This document shows, piece by piece, positions 1 through 9,569 of a DNA stretch of 64,000 nt. The translations under genes and the position numbers were made by a program. Source of the stretch: Sphyrna mokarran (lineage: Eukaryota); assembly GCA_024679065.1 (NCBI GenBank), contig JAGIQG010000009.1:91574001-91638000 (forward strand), given 5' to 3'. The notes below the pieces were generated by a model. It was not told where the DNA came from. It did no database searches and saw only the letters and a list, made by a program, of their open reading frames with translations. Every line of letters begins with the position of its first letter. The first letter of the stretch is position 1.

Positions 1-164
1 TTGCAATTTTTCCAGTCCGCTTTAGGTTTTCCAATTTGAAATTGAGCAGACGAATGGTCTGGTGTGAGCACCTAGCAGTTGGCCAGGGAGGACAGTCCTC
101 CCACAATCTCTTTCAGCTTGCCTGGCTGTAAGAGCAGACCCAGTTTGCCCTGTAGATGGACATT

Positions 165-270
165 CCCCTCCCCTCACCACACTCCCCGGCACCACACTCC
201 CCCTTACCACACGCCCCCACAGCACACTCCCCCTCACCACACTCCCCCTCACCACACTCCCCCGCACCCG
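165..270. repeat. 15-bp C-rich tandem repeat (CCCCCTCACCACACT)n, about 7 units
   Basis: Direct periodicity; it generates the spurious RGSVV/GEGEC/HHTPP ORFs. Paralogous sites near 24945 and 63795 have about 2 and 3 units. Confidence 0.85.
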
Positions 271-517
271 CATAATGGTGGCCTGGCTTCTTTCCTGGTT
301 TATTTTGATGTTTTTCTGAAGTGACTAACATGGACCTTCCTGTTGAAGCAGTTTCTCAGTTACACACCCTGTAGTGTAACTGGGTGCTTGTCGAAAGCTG
401 GAGGAATCCGGATTGGTTATTGGGGAACCTGCCCACTGTTCTTAATTGTGAGGGAAATGGTTTCCATGCCAATTATAAATGTTCCCCCACAGAAAATCCT
501 TAACTGTGACCTGCATT

Positions 518-760
518 TGTGTGTATACACCTGTTTGTTGCTGTGGGTGTGTGTGTATATGAGCATGTGTGTATATTTACGTGGGTATGTGAGCATGTGT
601 GTACTTATTTCTGCGTAGTGCGTGCGCGTATCTGTGTGTGCGTATGTATCTTTGTGTCAGCGTGTTTGCATATGTGTGTTTACTTACCTCTGTTTGTGTG
701 TGTGTGCGTGTGTGCGCGCACGCTGGTATATATGTGCATCCTTACGTGAGGCTGTATGTG
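518..760. repeat. Degenerate (TG)n-rich low-complexity tract
   Basis: TG/TA/CG dinucleotide runs; paralog at about 25240-25460. Confidence 0.85.
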
Positions 761-1199
761 CATCCTCACTCCATAACCCATTCAATTATCAATTACAATT
801 TAAAATGAAAAACTTCCAACAATTCTACAAACCCTGTAAGACTGTTATTCAATTTCTTTCCAGTTGCCTCTTTTTTAGTCTCAACAGGATATGAAAATTA
901 CCGGCCAGGCCAGCACTTAATGCCCATCCCCAGTTGCCCTTCACAATGCTGTAAGAGTGGGAGTTCCAGGGTTTTGACCCAGTGATGGTGAAGGAACAAC
1001 AGATATATTTCCAAGTTAGGGTGGTGTGTGGCTTGGAGTGGAACCTCCAGGTAGTGTGTGTTCCCAGGTATCTGCTGTCCTTGTCCTTCAAGATGCTAGC
1101 GGATTTATAAGATGCTGCCCAAGGAGCCTTGGTGAGTTCCTGTAGTGAATCTTGTAGATGGTTCACACAGCTGCCACTGACCATCAGTGGTGGAGGGCT

Positions 1200-1517
1200 T
1201 GAATCATAGAATCCTCCAGTGCAGGAGGAGGCCATTCAGCCCTTCAAGTCTGCACCGACCGCAATCCTACACCATCCCCATTAACTCATGCATTTAGCCG
1301 CGCTAATCCCCATGATATAAAGGGGTTATTTAGCCTGGCCAGTTCAGCTCACCCGCACATTTTTGGACCATGGGAGGAAATGGAAACACCTGGAGGAAAC
1401 GCATACAGACAGGGAGACAATCTGCAAATTTCACACAGACAGTGACTCAAGAAGTGTATCAAACCCGGGTCCCTGGTGTTGTGAGGCAGCAGTGCTAACC
1501 ACTATTCCACCCTGCTG
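1200..1517 (-). mobile_element. HE1/V-SINE-like tRNA-derived SINE
   Basis: Minus strand reads GTGGTTAGCACTGCTGCCTCACAACACCAGGGACCCGGGTTTGAT (A/B boxes), followed by the central V-type domain and an ATTCTATG-type tail. Paralog at about 25905-26220. Confidence 0.75.
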
Positions 1518-1634
1518 TCCCTTGTGGAATGGGTAGCAATGAAGTGAGCTGCTTTATCCTGAATAGTGTCTGTTGAATTTCTTGAGTGTTTTTAGAGCTG
1601 TCCTTACCTCGGCAAGTGGAGAGAATTCCATTAC

Positions 1635-2040
1635 ATAGAAACATAGAAAACAGAAGCAGGAGAAGGTTATTCAACCCTTTGAGAGTTTTCACCATTCATT
1701 ATGATCATGGTTGATCATCAAATTCAATATCCTGATCCCCTTTCCCCCATAACCCTTGATCCCAAAAGGCCCAAAAACTCCATCTAATTTATTCTCGAAG
1801 TCAGACCTTGTTTTGGCCTCACCGACTTTCTGTGGTACTGAATTCCTCACACTCACCACTCACTGGGTGAAGAAATTTCTCCTCATCTCAGTTCTTATCC
1901 TCAAACTATGACTCCTAGTTCTGGATTCCCCACCATTTGGAACATTCTTTCTGAATTACCCTGTTTAATCTTGTTAGAATTTTATAAGTCTCAATGAGAT
2001 TCCCTCTCACTCTTCTAAACTCCAATGAATACAATCCTCA
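1635..2040 (-). mobile_element. CR1 LINE 3' end fragment
   Basis: Degenerate RT C-terminus/3' UTR ending in a (TTTCTATG)-type tail; paralog at about 26340-26750. Confidence 0.65.
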
Positions 2041-2049
2041 CACTCCTGA

Positions 2050-2945
2050 ATTGTGCTATGTATATGGTGGACAGGTTTTGGGGAGTCTGAGGTGGTTTCC
2101 CACTGCAGGATTCCTAACAGACATGATAATACCATTGAATGTCAAGGGATGGTGGTTAGATTCTCTCTTGTTGGGGATGATTGTTGCCTTGCACTTGTGT
2201 GGCCCAAATATTACTTGTCACTTGTTAGTCCAAGCCTGGATATTGTTCAGGTCTTGCTGCATTTTGGACATGGACTGCTTCGATATCTGAGTAATCATAA
2301 TGTAGCTGAACATTGTGCAATCGTCAGTGAACATCCCCACTTCTGACATTATCATAGAAGGCAGGTCATTGATGAAGTAGCTGAAGATGGTTGGGATGGG
2401 GACACAAATTTCCTGAGGAATTCACTGATGCCCAGAGAGTGAGATAATTGACCTCCAACCAAACAACCACCATTTTTTGTGCTAGTTATGAGTCCAACCA
2501 GTGGAGAGTTTTCCTCCTGATACCCATCAATTCCAGTTTTACAAGGGCTCCTTGATGCCATAACTCGGTCGAATGCGGCCTTGATGTCAAGAGCTCTCAC
2601 TCTCATCTCACCTCTGGAACTCAGCTCTTTTTTTCCATGTTTGGATCAAACCTGTAATGAGATCAGGGGCTGAGTGACCCCAGAGGAACCCAAACTGGGT
2701 GTCACTGAGCAGATTATTGCTGAGTAAATGCTGCTTGATGACACTGTTGATGAACCTTCATCACTTTACTGATGATTGACAGTAGACTGATTGGGCTGTA
2801 ATTGCCTGGGTTAAATTTGTCCTGATCCTAGTGTACAGCTATTTTATACATTGCCATTCTTCTCACTGTACTGGAAAGCTTGGCTAGAGGAGAAGCAAGT
2901 TCTGGAGCACAAGTCTTCAACATTTTTGCCAGGATGTTGTCCTTC
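2050..2945 (-). mobile_element. Degenerate CR1/L2-group non-LTR retrotransposon RT fragment
   Basis: Broken frames contain LKTCAPELASPLAKL and ALDIKAAFDRV; the paralog at about 26750-27710 contains QQDLNNIQAW. Confidence 0.7.
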
Positions 2946-2974
2946 CACACCAATACACTCACTTTGAGGTTCCC

Positions 2975-3790
2975 TGCAAACATAGATAGGTTGCAGAGCT
3001 GGGCCATGAGGTGGCAAATGGAATTCAATACGGATAAGTGTGAGGTGATTCACTTTGGTAGGAATAACAGGCATATGAAATATAGGGCTAATGGAAGAAC
3101 CCTTAATAGTGTTGTCGAGCAGAGGGATCTTGGGGTACAAGTACATAGCTCTTTGAAAGTTGACACCCAGATTGATAAAGTTGTTAAGAAGGCGTACGGT
3201 GTGTTAGCTTTTATTGGTAGAGGGATTGAATTTAGGAGCCGTGAGGTTATGTTACAACTGTACAAAACTCTGGTGCGGCCGCACTTGGAGTATTGCGTAC
3301 AGTTCTGGTCGCCGAATTATAAGAAAGATGTGGAAGCATTGGAAAGGGTGCAGAGGAGGTTTACCAGGATGTTGCCTGGTATGGTGGGAAGGCCTTATGA
3401 GGAAAGGCTGAGGGACCTGAGGTTATTTTCATTAGAGAGAAGAAGGTTACGCGTGACCTAATTGAGGCGTATAAGATGATCAAGGGATTGGATAGGGTGG
3501 ATAGTGAGAGCCTTTTTCCTCGGATGGTGATGACCAACACAAGGGGACATAACTTTAAATTAAGAGGTGGTAGTTATAGGACGGATGTCAGAGGTAGGTT
3601 CTTTACACAGAGGGTGGTGAGGGCGTGGAATGCCCTGCCTGCAGCAGTTCTGGACTCGCCTACTTTGGGGACATTCAAATGTTTGGTGGATAGGCATATG
3701 GATGATATTGGCGTAGTTTAGGTTAGAGGGTTCACTGGCCGGCGCAACATCGAGGGCCGAAGGGCCTGTACTGCGCTGTAATGTTCTATG
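2975..3790 (+). mobile_element. Young 5'-truncated CR1 LINE (RT C-terminus plus 3' UTR)
   Basis: [42 protein letters not shown]; ATGTTCT tail; absent at the paralogous site near 27745. Confidence 0.92.
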
Positions 3791-4921
3791 TACACTTCTC
3801 ATTACTGAGAAGCTGGTGAGCCTTCATCAAAAGCTCACTGGGAAATGTGCTGAAGTTTGATTCTCTAAAGTTAGGACATGGCTTCCTCTCCTCTGTCTCT
3901 TACACTGACATCTTCAGTTAACAAGTGAATCAGTGCTGATGGAAAACAGTGAATGATGCTGACATTTAGTCTGAACTCAGTCAGTTCACATTGGATTGAA
4001 CCTCAACAACTGCCCATTCCAATCGTCACAAGCTGCTGAGTGAATGAACTAAACCTTGCCTGTGAAATCAGTGAAGAAGAATTCAGACAAATCAAACACC
4101 AAGAGTTATTTATTGGTGACAATCCACAGTTATGATGTTTCACTATGATCCTGATTATAGATTTTACTCCATGAATGTGATATAACATAAAAATAAACAA
4201 TCATAGAACACATCAAATATGATGTTACATAAAGAGCAAAATGAGCCAGTGTGTAATAATTTAAATTCTGCAGTGTCTCACTACACTGAGAGTTACAATT
4301 TAGATTGGCAATATTAATATCTCAGCAATATTCACACTGAGAGATTTGACATGTTTTTCAGCCACTCCCTGTAACGTTGATGGGAGGTCTTCCCCCATTG
4401 AGTGTCTCCAGTAACTGTCCAAGTTGTGTCGTGTCCCTCACCAGTATTCCTGGACCTTGCATCGTGACAATCTGAAACCCTTAGTCATGGAGAACTCTTT
4501 GCCCTGGAAGAGCTGTTAGTTTCAGGCTAATTTTCACTGAGTTGATGGTCCTCCAGCAGGAGACGGTGTTTATCTCAATGTGTGTTCCTGGGAACAGCCT
4601 GTACAGCATACAGTCCTGTATAAAGGAGCTGCTGCGAAGAACATTCTGTGACTGTGTGGGAATTCATCAGATCAAATTTCATTTTACTTCATCTCATACA
4701 ACTTATAAAGTGAAGTGGGAAAACTGCCCAGCGCCAGAAAAATGTTTCCAACATCCTGACTGTCTTCTCCATTATCAGATATATCACATAATCTTTGAGA
4801 CAGTTCCAAAAAGTCTTGATCAAAATCCACAAACATTTAAAGATTGTTCAGAGTTTTAACGATGAGAAAGTGAGAAAAGTATACAAACTGTGAGTGTATT
4901 TCATTCCCAACAATCTGTCCC

Positions 4922-4965
4922 TCAGTCACTCACTGGAGCTGTTGTGTACGTCTTAATTGGTGAAT
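4922..4965 (-). CDS. Gene A putative cytoplasmic-tail exon (DSPIKTYTTAPVSD*)
   Basis: Acceptor TTCACTTCTGCAG, phase 1; Tyr-containing tail; same frame and stop in gene B. An internal CCA|GTGAGT donor is possible. Confidence 0.55.
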
Positions 4966-5350
4966 CTGCAGAAGTGAAATAAATGTCAGTTAGAATGGGG
5001 AATAATCCATTCTCAGAGAGTGAGAACACAACAAGTGTGAGGGAATGGAGATTGTGTGAGAAATACTCATCCTCACACTCCCCTCCATCCTTACACTTTA
5101 TGGAGATCCTGTAGATCTCTTCCATTCCATCCATATTCAGTAGGTGAGGATGTGAGTGTGTGCGGTGGCTTTAATGATCAATATTATACCTGGACTGGGC
5201 TGATCACACAAAGGAAAATCAGGCAGGGAACAAGATGTGTTTATACGTGTGTATCTGTGTGTGGGAATTAAATCAGTTCATTCAACACAGTGTCCTGTAT
5301 TCCCAGTACTGGAGATTCCCCACACTCACTCTGTCCCCTCTGATTCTTAC

Positions 5351-5461
5351 CTCTCCGCTGTCTTTTCCAGATGATTATTCCGAATATAACAGCCAGTGCT
5401 GAGATCACTGATCCGATTATAATTCCAAGATGGGACCATTCTCCACTGTTTTCCGGTATTT
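5351..5461 (-). CDS. Gene A connecting peptide/transmembrane exon
   Basis: TGTTTCAG acceptor, G|GTAAGA donor, 111 nt, phase 1-1; EIPENSGEWSHLGIIIGSVISALAVIFGIIIWKRQRR (hydrophobic span plus basic stop-transfer). Confidence 0.9.
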
Positions 5462-5824
5462 CTGAAACACATTTGAATAATATGAGGATTGTCTCTGTTT
5501 CTGGATCCATTCCCAGTTCTGTGTTCATTGGGGACAATTTGAATTAAAGCCGTACCAGTCCAAATGGGAGTGGTTGAAGCTTTGCTTTTACACTGGCCCC
5601 ATGGTGGATAAAGGAGTGTCTCCGGACCTGCTCTGGATGAACTTCCAGAAGCCACTGATTATTGTCAAGAATCTCTTGTGTGGAACGTTATCAGAGTGTT
5701 TGGAATTGAAGGGAATCTTTGCCATGGGGTGAAAATTGGTTGGCAGTGGGGGGAGACAGGGAATGGCGAGAATGGGAATGTGCTCCCATACAAACACATG
5801 CACATATCCAGTACAGTTCCTTAC

Positions 5825-6103
5825 CCAACTGATAGAGCTTGGGCTCTGCCAGGCTGCTGTGTTCAATTTGACAGGAGTATTGATCCTCATCCCCAGCATT
5901 TATTTCAATCTCTTTCTGGATCTGATGTGTTCCATCATGGTTCGGTCGAATCCCCGAGGATAGTGTCTCAGACATTACCTCTCCGTTCCTTAACCAGTTC
6001 ACCTCGATGTCTACAGGATAAAAGCCAGTAACCAGGCAGGAGAGAGTGAGGGGCTTGTACTGACTATTGGGCTCACTTCTGGAGATGAACACTTCAGGCT
6101 GTA
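5825..6103 (-). CDS. Gene A MHC class I alpha3 (Ig C1) exon
   Basis: 279 nt, CCATTACAG acceptor, G|GTAAGG donor; LSCLVTGFYP, WLRNGE, PNHDGT, YSCQIEHSSL. Confidence 0.96.
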
Positions 6104-6220
6104 CTGTAATGGGAAAGGGTGAAAACACAAACAATAAACCCACACTGAATGGAATGGGGGAACGGTTTGATAAATCAGTGAAGTTAGAGCAGAACATGGA
6201 TTGAAAACTGAAATCAATAC

Positions 6221-6496
6221 CTTTCTGTCCAAAATATACTTTTCCAGCTTCCAAATATTTCTTTAAATGTTCAACAAATTCTTCCTGCAGTTGTTGTTTC
6301 CAGTAATTATTCCAGGATTGATCTGAATCCCATTTCTCTTTAGTCTTCACTGCAAAGTGATTGGATGCGACCCATCTCATTCTGTCTGGCTCTAAACTAA
6401 TATAGTCCTTTCCATCAAATCCGACCTGCATCGATCTCGTAATGGAGCCGTCTTCAGTGACCTCGACAGACCAAATCCATTGGAAAATATGGATTC
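6221..6496 (-). CDS. Gene A MHC class I alpha2 exon (non-classical, no Cys)
   Basis: 276 nt, CTCTGACAG acceptor, G|GTATTG donor; GIHIFQ, GFDGKDYISL, TKEKWD, LKKYL. Confidence 0.95.
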
Positions 6497-7259
6497 CTGT
6501 CAGAGAGCAAATGATGATCAATATTCAGTGAACTGGAAGATTGGAAATATTGCTTTGTTAATCAATAAATTGGAGAAATGATCTTTGTGATAGAATTGTC
6601 AGCAAAACTGAAATCCCTGGAATAAAATAAGCAGCATCAGAATGTAAACAAACTTGCCGAATGGATCAGAAACAGAGTGGCCAGGATTCTCCCAAAATAA
6701 TTCAACTGTCAAATTCGTTTGAAACCTGGAGTAAATCACGTTTCATTTTGAAACTCCCGCTGTAAAAACAATCTCCCTCAATCTGTACATTGCAGAGAGC
6801 ACGAGCAGGTTTCACACTGAAAAGCTGTCGGTGGGGCCTATTCCCGCTGGAGAGACTGACAGCAAAGTGCTGAGTGGGCCACTGCACATGTGCCAATCAG
6901 TCAGATTGGTGCATGCTCTGTAGCCCCTGTCTGCCGGCCGGCTCGATCGCTGGTCAGTTCTGCAATTCCGACAAGGTCAGTCCTCCACCAACCCCCCCAC
7001 CCCACAGCCCGATCTCTGGTCCCCTGAACATTCACGCACCATCTCCAATCACCATCCGCCCTTCCAGCCTGCCCTAATCTCCAGTACCCTCTGATCCCAC
7101 ATGATCTTGACAATTACCCCACCCCACACTCCGTAGTGCCAGCTTGCCCTCCCTCGTGTAAGGCAGCCCCACTACCCCCCACCTCCAGCACGCTGACCCC
7201 ACACCCACACCGATGGCCAGCCCTGATCGTTGGCCTTCCTCCTTCCCCCATGATCCTCC

Positions 7260-7385
7260 ATGGTGGCACAGTGGACAGTGAAGAAAGTTATCTCCAATTG
7301 CAATGGGATCGTGATCAATTGGGCCAGAGGGCTGACGAATGACAGATGGAGTTTAACTTAGGCAAATGCGAGGTGATGCATTTGA
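7260..7385 (+). mobile_element. Short CR1 RT fragment
   Basis: GGTVDSEESYLQLQWD...QMEFNL.KCEVMH. Confidence 0.7.
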
Positions 7386-7566
7386 CCTGAAGAGATCAAA
7401 TCCACTGAAGAATGTGACTTCCTTCAGAAACTAAATAGGGATCAATAATCAATAGACAATCTTTTCAGTGGAGAAAGGGAATTTCGTCTGAGATAGAAAT
7501 GGATGGAATTTTCCTCTGCCATTAGTAATAGGAAGCTGAGCAGTGAGGTTACTAAATTAGATGGAG

Positions 7567-7797
7567 CCAGTGCTGGGGGACTGAGTCCAGTGTCCCAGGG
7601 GTCAGTGCTGGGGGACTGAGTCCAGTTTCCCAGGGGTCAGTGCTGGGGGACTGAGTCCAGTGTCCCAGGGGTCAGTGCTGGGGGACTGAGTCCAGTGTCC
7701 CAGGGGTCAGTGCTGGGGGACTGAGTCCAGTGTCCCAGGGGCCAGTGCTGGGGGACTGAGTCCAGTGTCCCAGGGGCCAGTGCTGGGGGACTGAGCT
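7567..7797. repeat. 35-bp minisatellite (CAGTGCTGGGGGACTGAGTCCAGTGTCCCAGGGGT), about 6.5 units
   Basis: CAGTGCTG starts at 7568, 7603, 7638, 7673, 7708, 7743, 7778. Confidence 0.95.
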
Positions 7798-7846
7798 CAG
7801 TGCAAGGTTGTACATCAACACGCTTATTCTCTCTGTCTGTTCTTAC

Positions 7847-8107
7847 CGGATGTCTGGTTTGTGATCTTCAGCACTGTATTCAGATTCTCCTTTGCCATGT
7901 TTGAGTGTGAGTTCACCAGTGCTGTGATATAATCCCAGAATTCAGAGCTGATATTTTCAGCAATGAACCTCTGCCTGGGAATGCAGCGACCGATATTACT
8001 GTCATAATATCCTATTTGGACACCATTGACTATTGCAGTGCTTGTGACCTCAGGAAAATCTTCTATCCCAGAGACAACATTACGCATCACCATGAGTGTG
8101 TTAATGT
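7847..8107 (-). CDS. Gene A MHC class I alpha1 exon
   Basis: 261 nt, TTCTTTTACAG acceptor, G|GTAAGA donor; DINTLMVMRNVVSGIEDFPEV...YYDSN...FWD...TNQTSG with the conserved N86 sequon. Confidence 0.93.
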
Positions 8108-8179
8108 CTGTAAAAGAAACAGTTAAAGGGACGGGTCAATAAACATCTCTGATCATCAGAACAATCTCACAGGACTTCA

Positions 8180-8582
8180 CCATCCCCTCTCCTCCCGTCC
8201 CCACTATCCCTACAGAGCCCCTAAACACAATCCCCTACTCCCGATCACCATCCTCTCCCCGATCACCATCCTCTCCCCGAGCACCACCCCCTCTCACGAT
8301 TATCACCCCTTACCCCAATCACTACCCCCTCCCACAATCACCAACTCCTACATCCGATCACCATCCTCTCTCTTAATTACCACCGACTCCCCAATCAGCA
8401 TCCCCCTCCGACCACTACCCCTACCTCCCAATAACCATCCTCTCCTCCTCCTCCTCCTCCTGATCACCACACCCTCTCTTCCTGATCATCCACCCCTCCC
8501 CTTATCACCACCCCCTCCTCCCAATCACCATCAGAGCCACCCCCCCCCCCCCCCCCCCCACCCCTGCCACCGAACACCACCC
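8180..8582. repeat. C-rich degenerate tandem repeat (CCGATCACCATCCTCTC-like) with a poly-C run
   Basis: Repeated ATCACCA/CCCCT motifs and a C20 run at 8540-8559. Confidence 0.8.
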
Positions 8583-9035
8583 CGAATGGGCCAGTAATAC
8601 AGTCTGGGAGGCTGTGTAATCGGCCATCAGCGTCCTGCTACAGAGGACTGGGGACCAGTGTCAGAAAAGGATGAACAACCTTCTTTGGGCAGGAAGGGTC
8701 AGTGTCCATCCCATCCTGATATCGTTCCCGTCTGTTGCCTTTGCAATGTTGAGCCACCCGCCTGACACTCTGCAGCCTCCCAGCACCCGGTCTCAAGGAC
8801 ATTCCTCCAACCCCTCAGTCACCCCCACTGACAACCACAGACTGTCGAGGCACAGCCCCGATAAACCCACCCTCTACACCCTGTGTCCTTCCAGCCACCA
8901 GGTTTTCAATCCCTTCTTTATCTCCATGGGATGAAGTTGACCATAAGCACCAGGATCATGCAAAACTGGAGATGGGGTCTCGGAGCTGCATCTCCTCACT
9001 ACCTTTGAGGATGGCTATGGAGTCAACAGGGAAAG

Positions 9036-9345
9036 ATGAGGAGAATGGAATATAAAAGTAGGGAAAGCTTGCTAAAATTATACAAGACACCAGTTAGACC
9101 ACATCTGGAAAACTGTGATCAGTTTTATTCTCCTTATCTCAGGGAAAATATACTGGCATTGGAAGCAGTCCGGAGAAGGTTCACCAGGTTGATACTGAGT
9201 ATGGAGGGATTTTCTTATGAGGAGAGGTTGAGTAGATTGGGCCTGTACTCATTGGAGCTGAACAGAATGAGAGGTGACTTTATTGAGACATATCGGATTC
9301 TCAGGGGTTTGACAGGGTAGATGCTGAGAGGTTATTTCTCCCTTG
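9036..9345 (+). mobile_element. CR1 RT C-terminal fragment
   Basis: YKTPVRPHLENC...LEAVRRRFTRLI...YEERLSRLGLYSLE; paralogs at 21746-22083 and 47670-47980. Confidence 0.85.
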
Positions 9346-9569
9346 GAAGAATGCCAAGACTGGGGATGGGGTCCCCGAGCTGCATCTCCTCAATGCCTCT
9401 GAGGAGCGCTATGGGGCTAGCAGGAAAGGGTGAGGAGGGAATGGTCACTGATGGTCAGGTCGGGGTTCACCATGGTAGTGAGCATTTCCAAAACCCGAGT
9501 TCAAATGGCTCAATCCAGGTAATGGCATACTGCCCAGACACTTGTCCCTTTCTACTTTCCTTGTAATCT

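Noticed and set aside
22-894. Repetitive ORFs (RGSVV, GEGEC, CVCV) at the window start and paralogs
   Set aside because: They are translations of simple repeats with no splice or homology support.
4500-4600. Additional terminal coding exon after TTCCCAG
   Set aside because: Weak acceptor and an indel between the A and B copies; cannot be supported without transcripts.
5691-6521. 276-aa ORF as a single-exon gene
   Set aside because: It is alpha2 plus an in-frame intron plus alpha3, bounded by canonical splice sites; the ends are intronic.
6666-7260. Harbinger-like non-autonomous element (also 34545-34745, 38210-38880, 39280-39480)
   Set aside because: Composition is suggestive but I could not identify paired TIRs or TSDs.
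7567-7797. CRISPR array or immunoglobulin switch region
   Set aside because: No unique spacers, eukaryotic context, short length, and AGCT motifs are essentially absent.
5825-8107. Calling the genes classical UAA or assigning a lineage symbol
   Set aside because: Anchor residues and the alpha2 disulfide are missing; lineage assignment needs a phylogeny that I cannot run.
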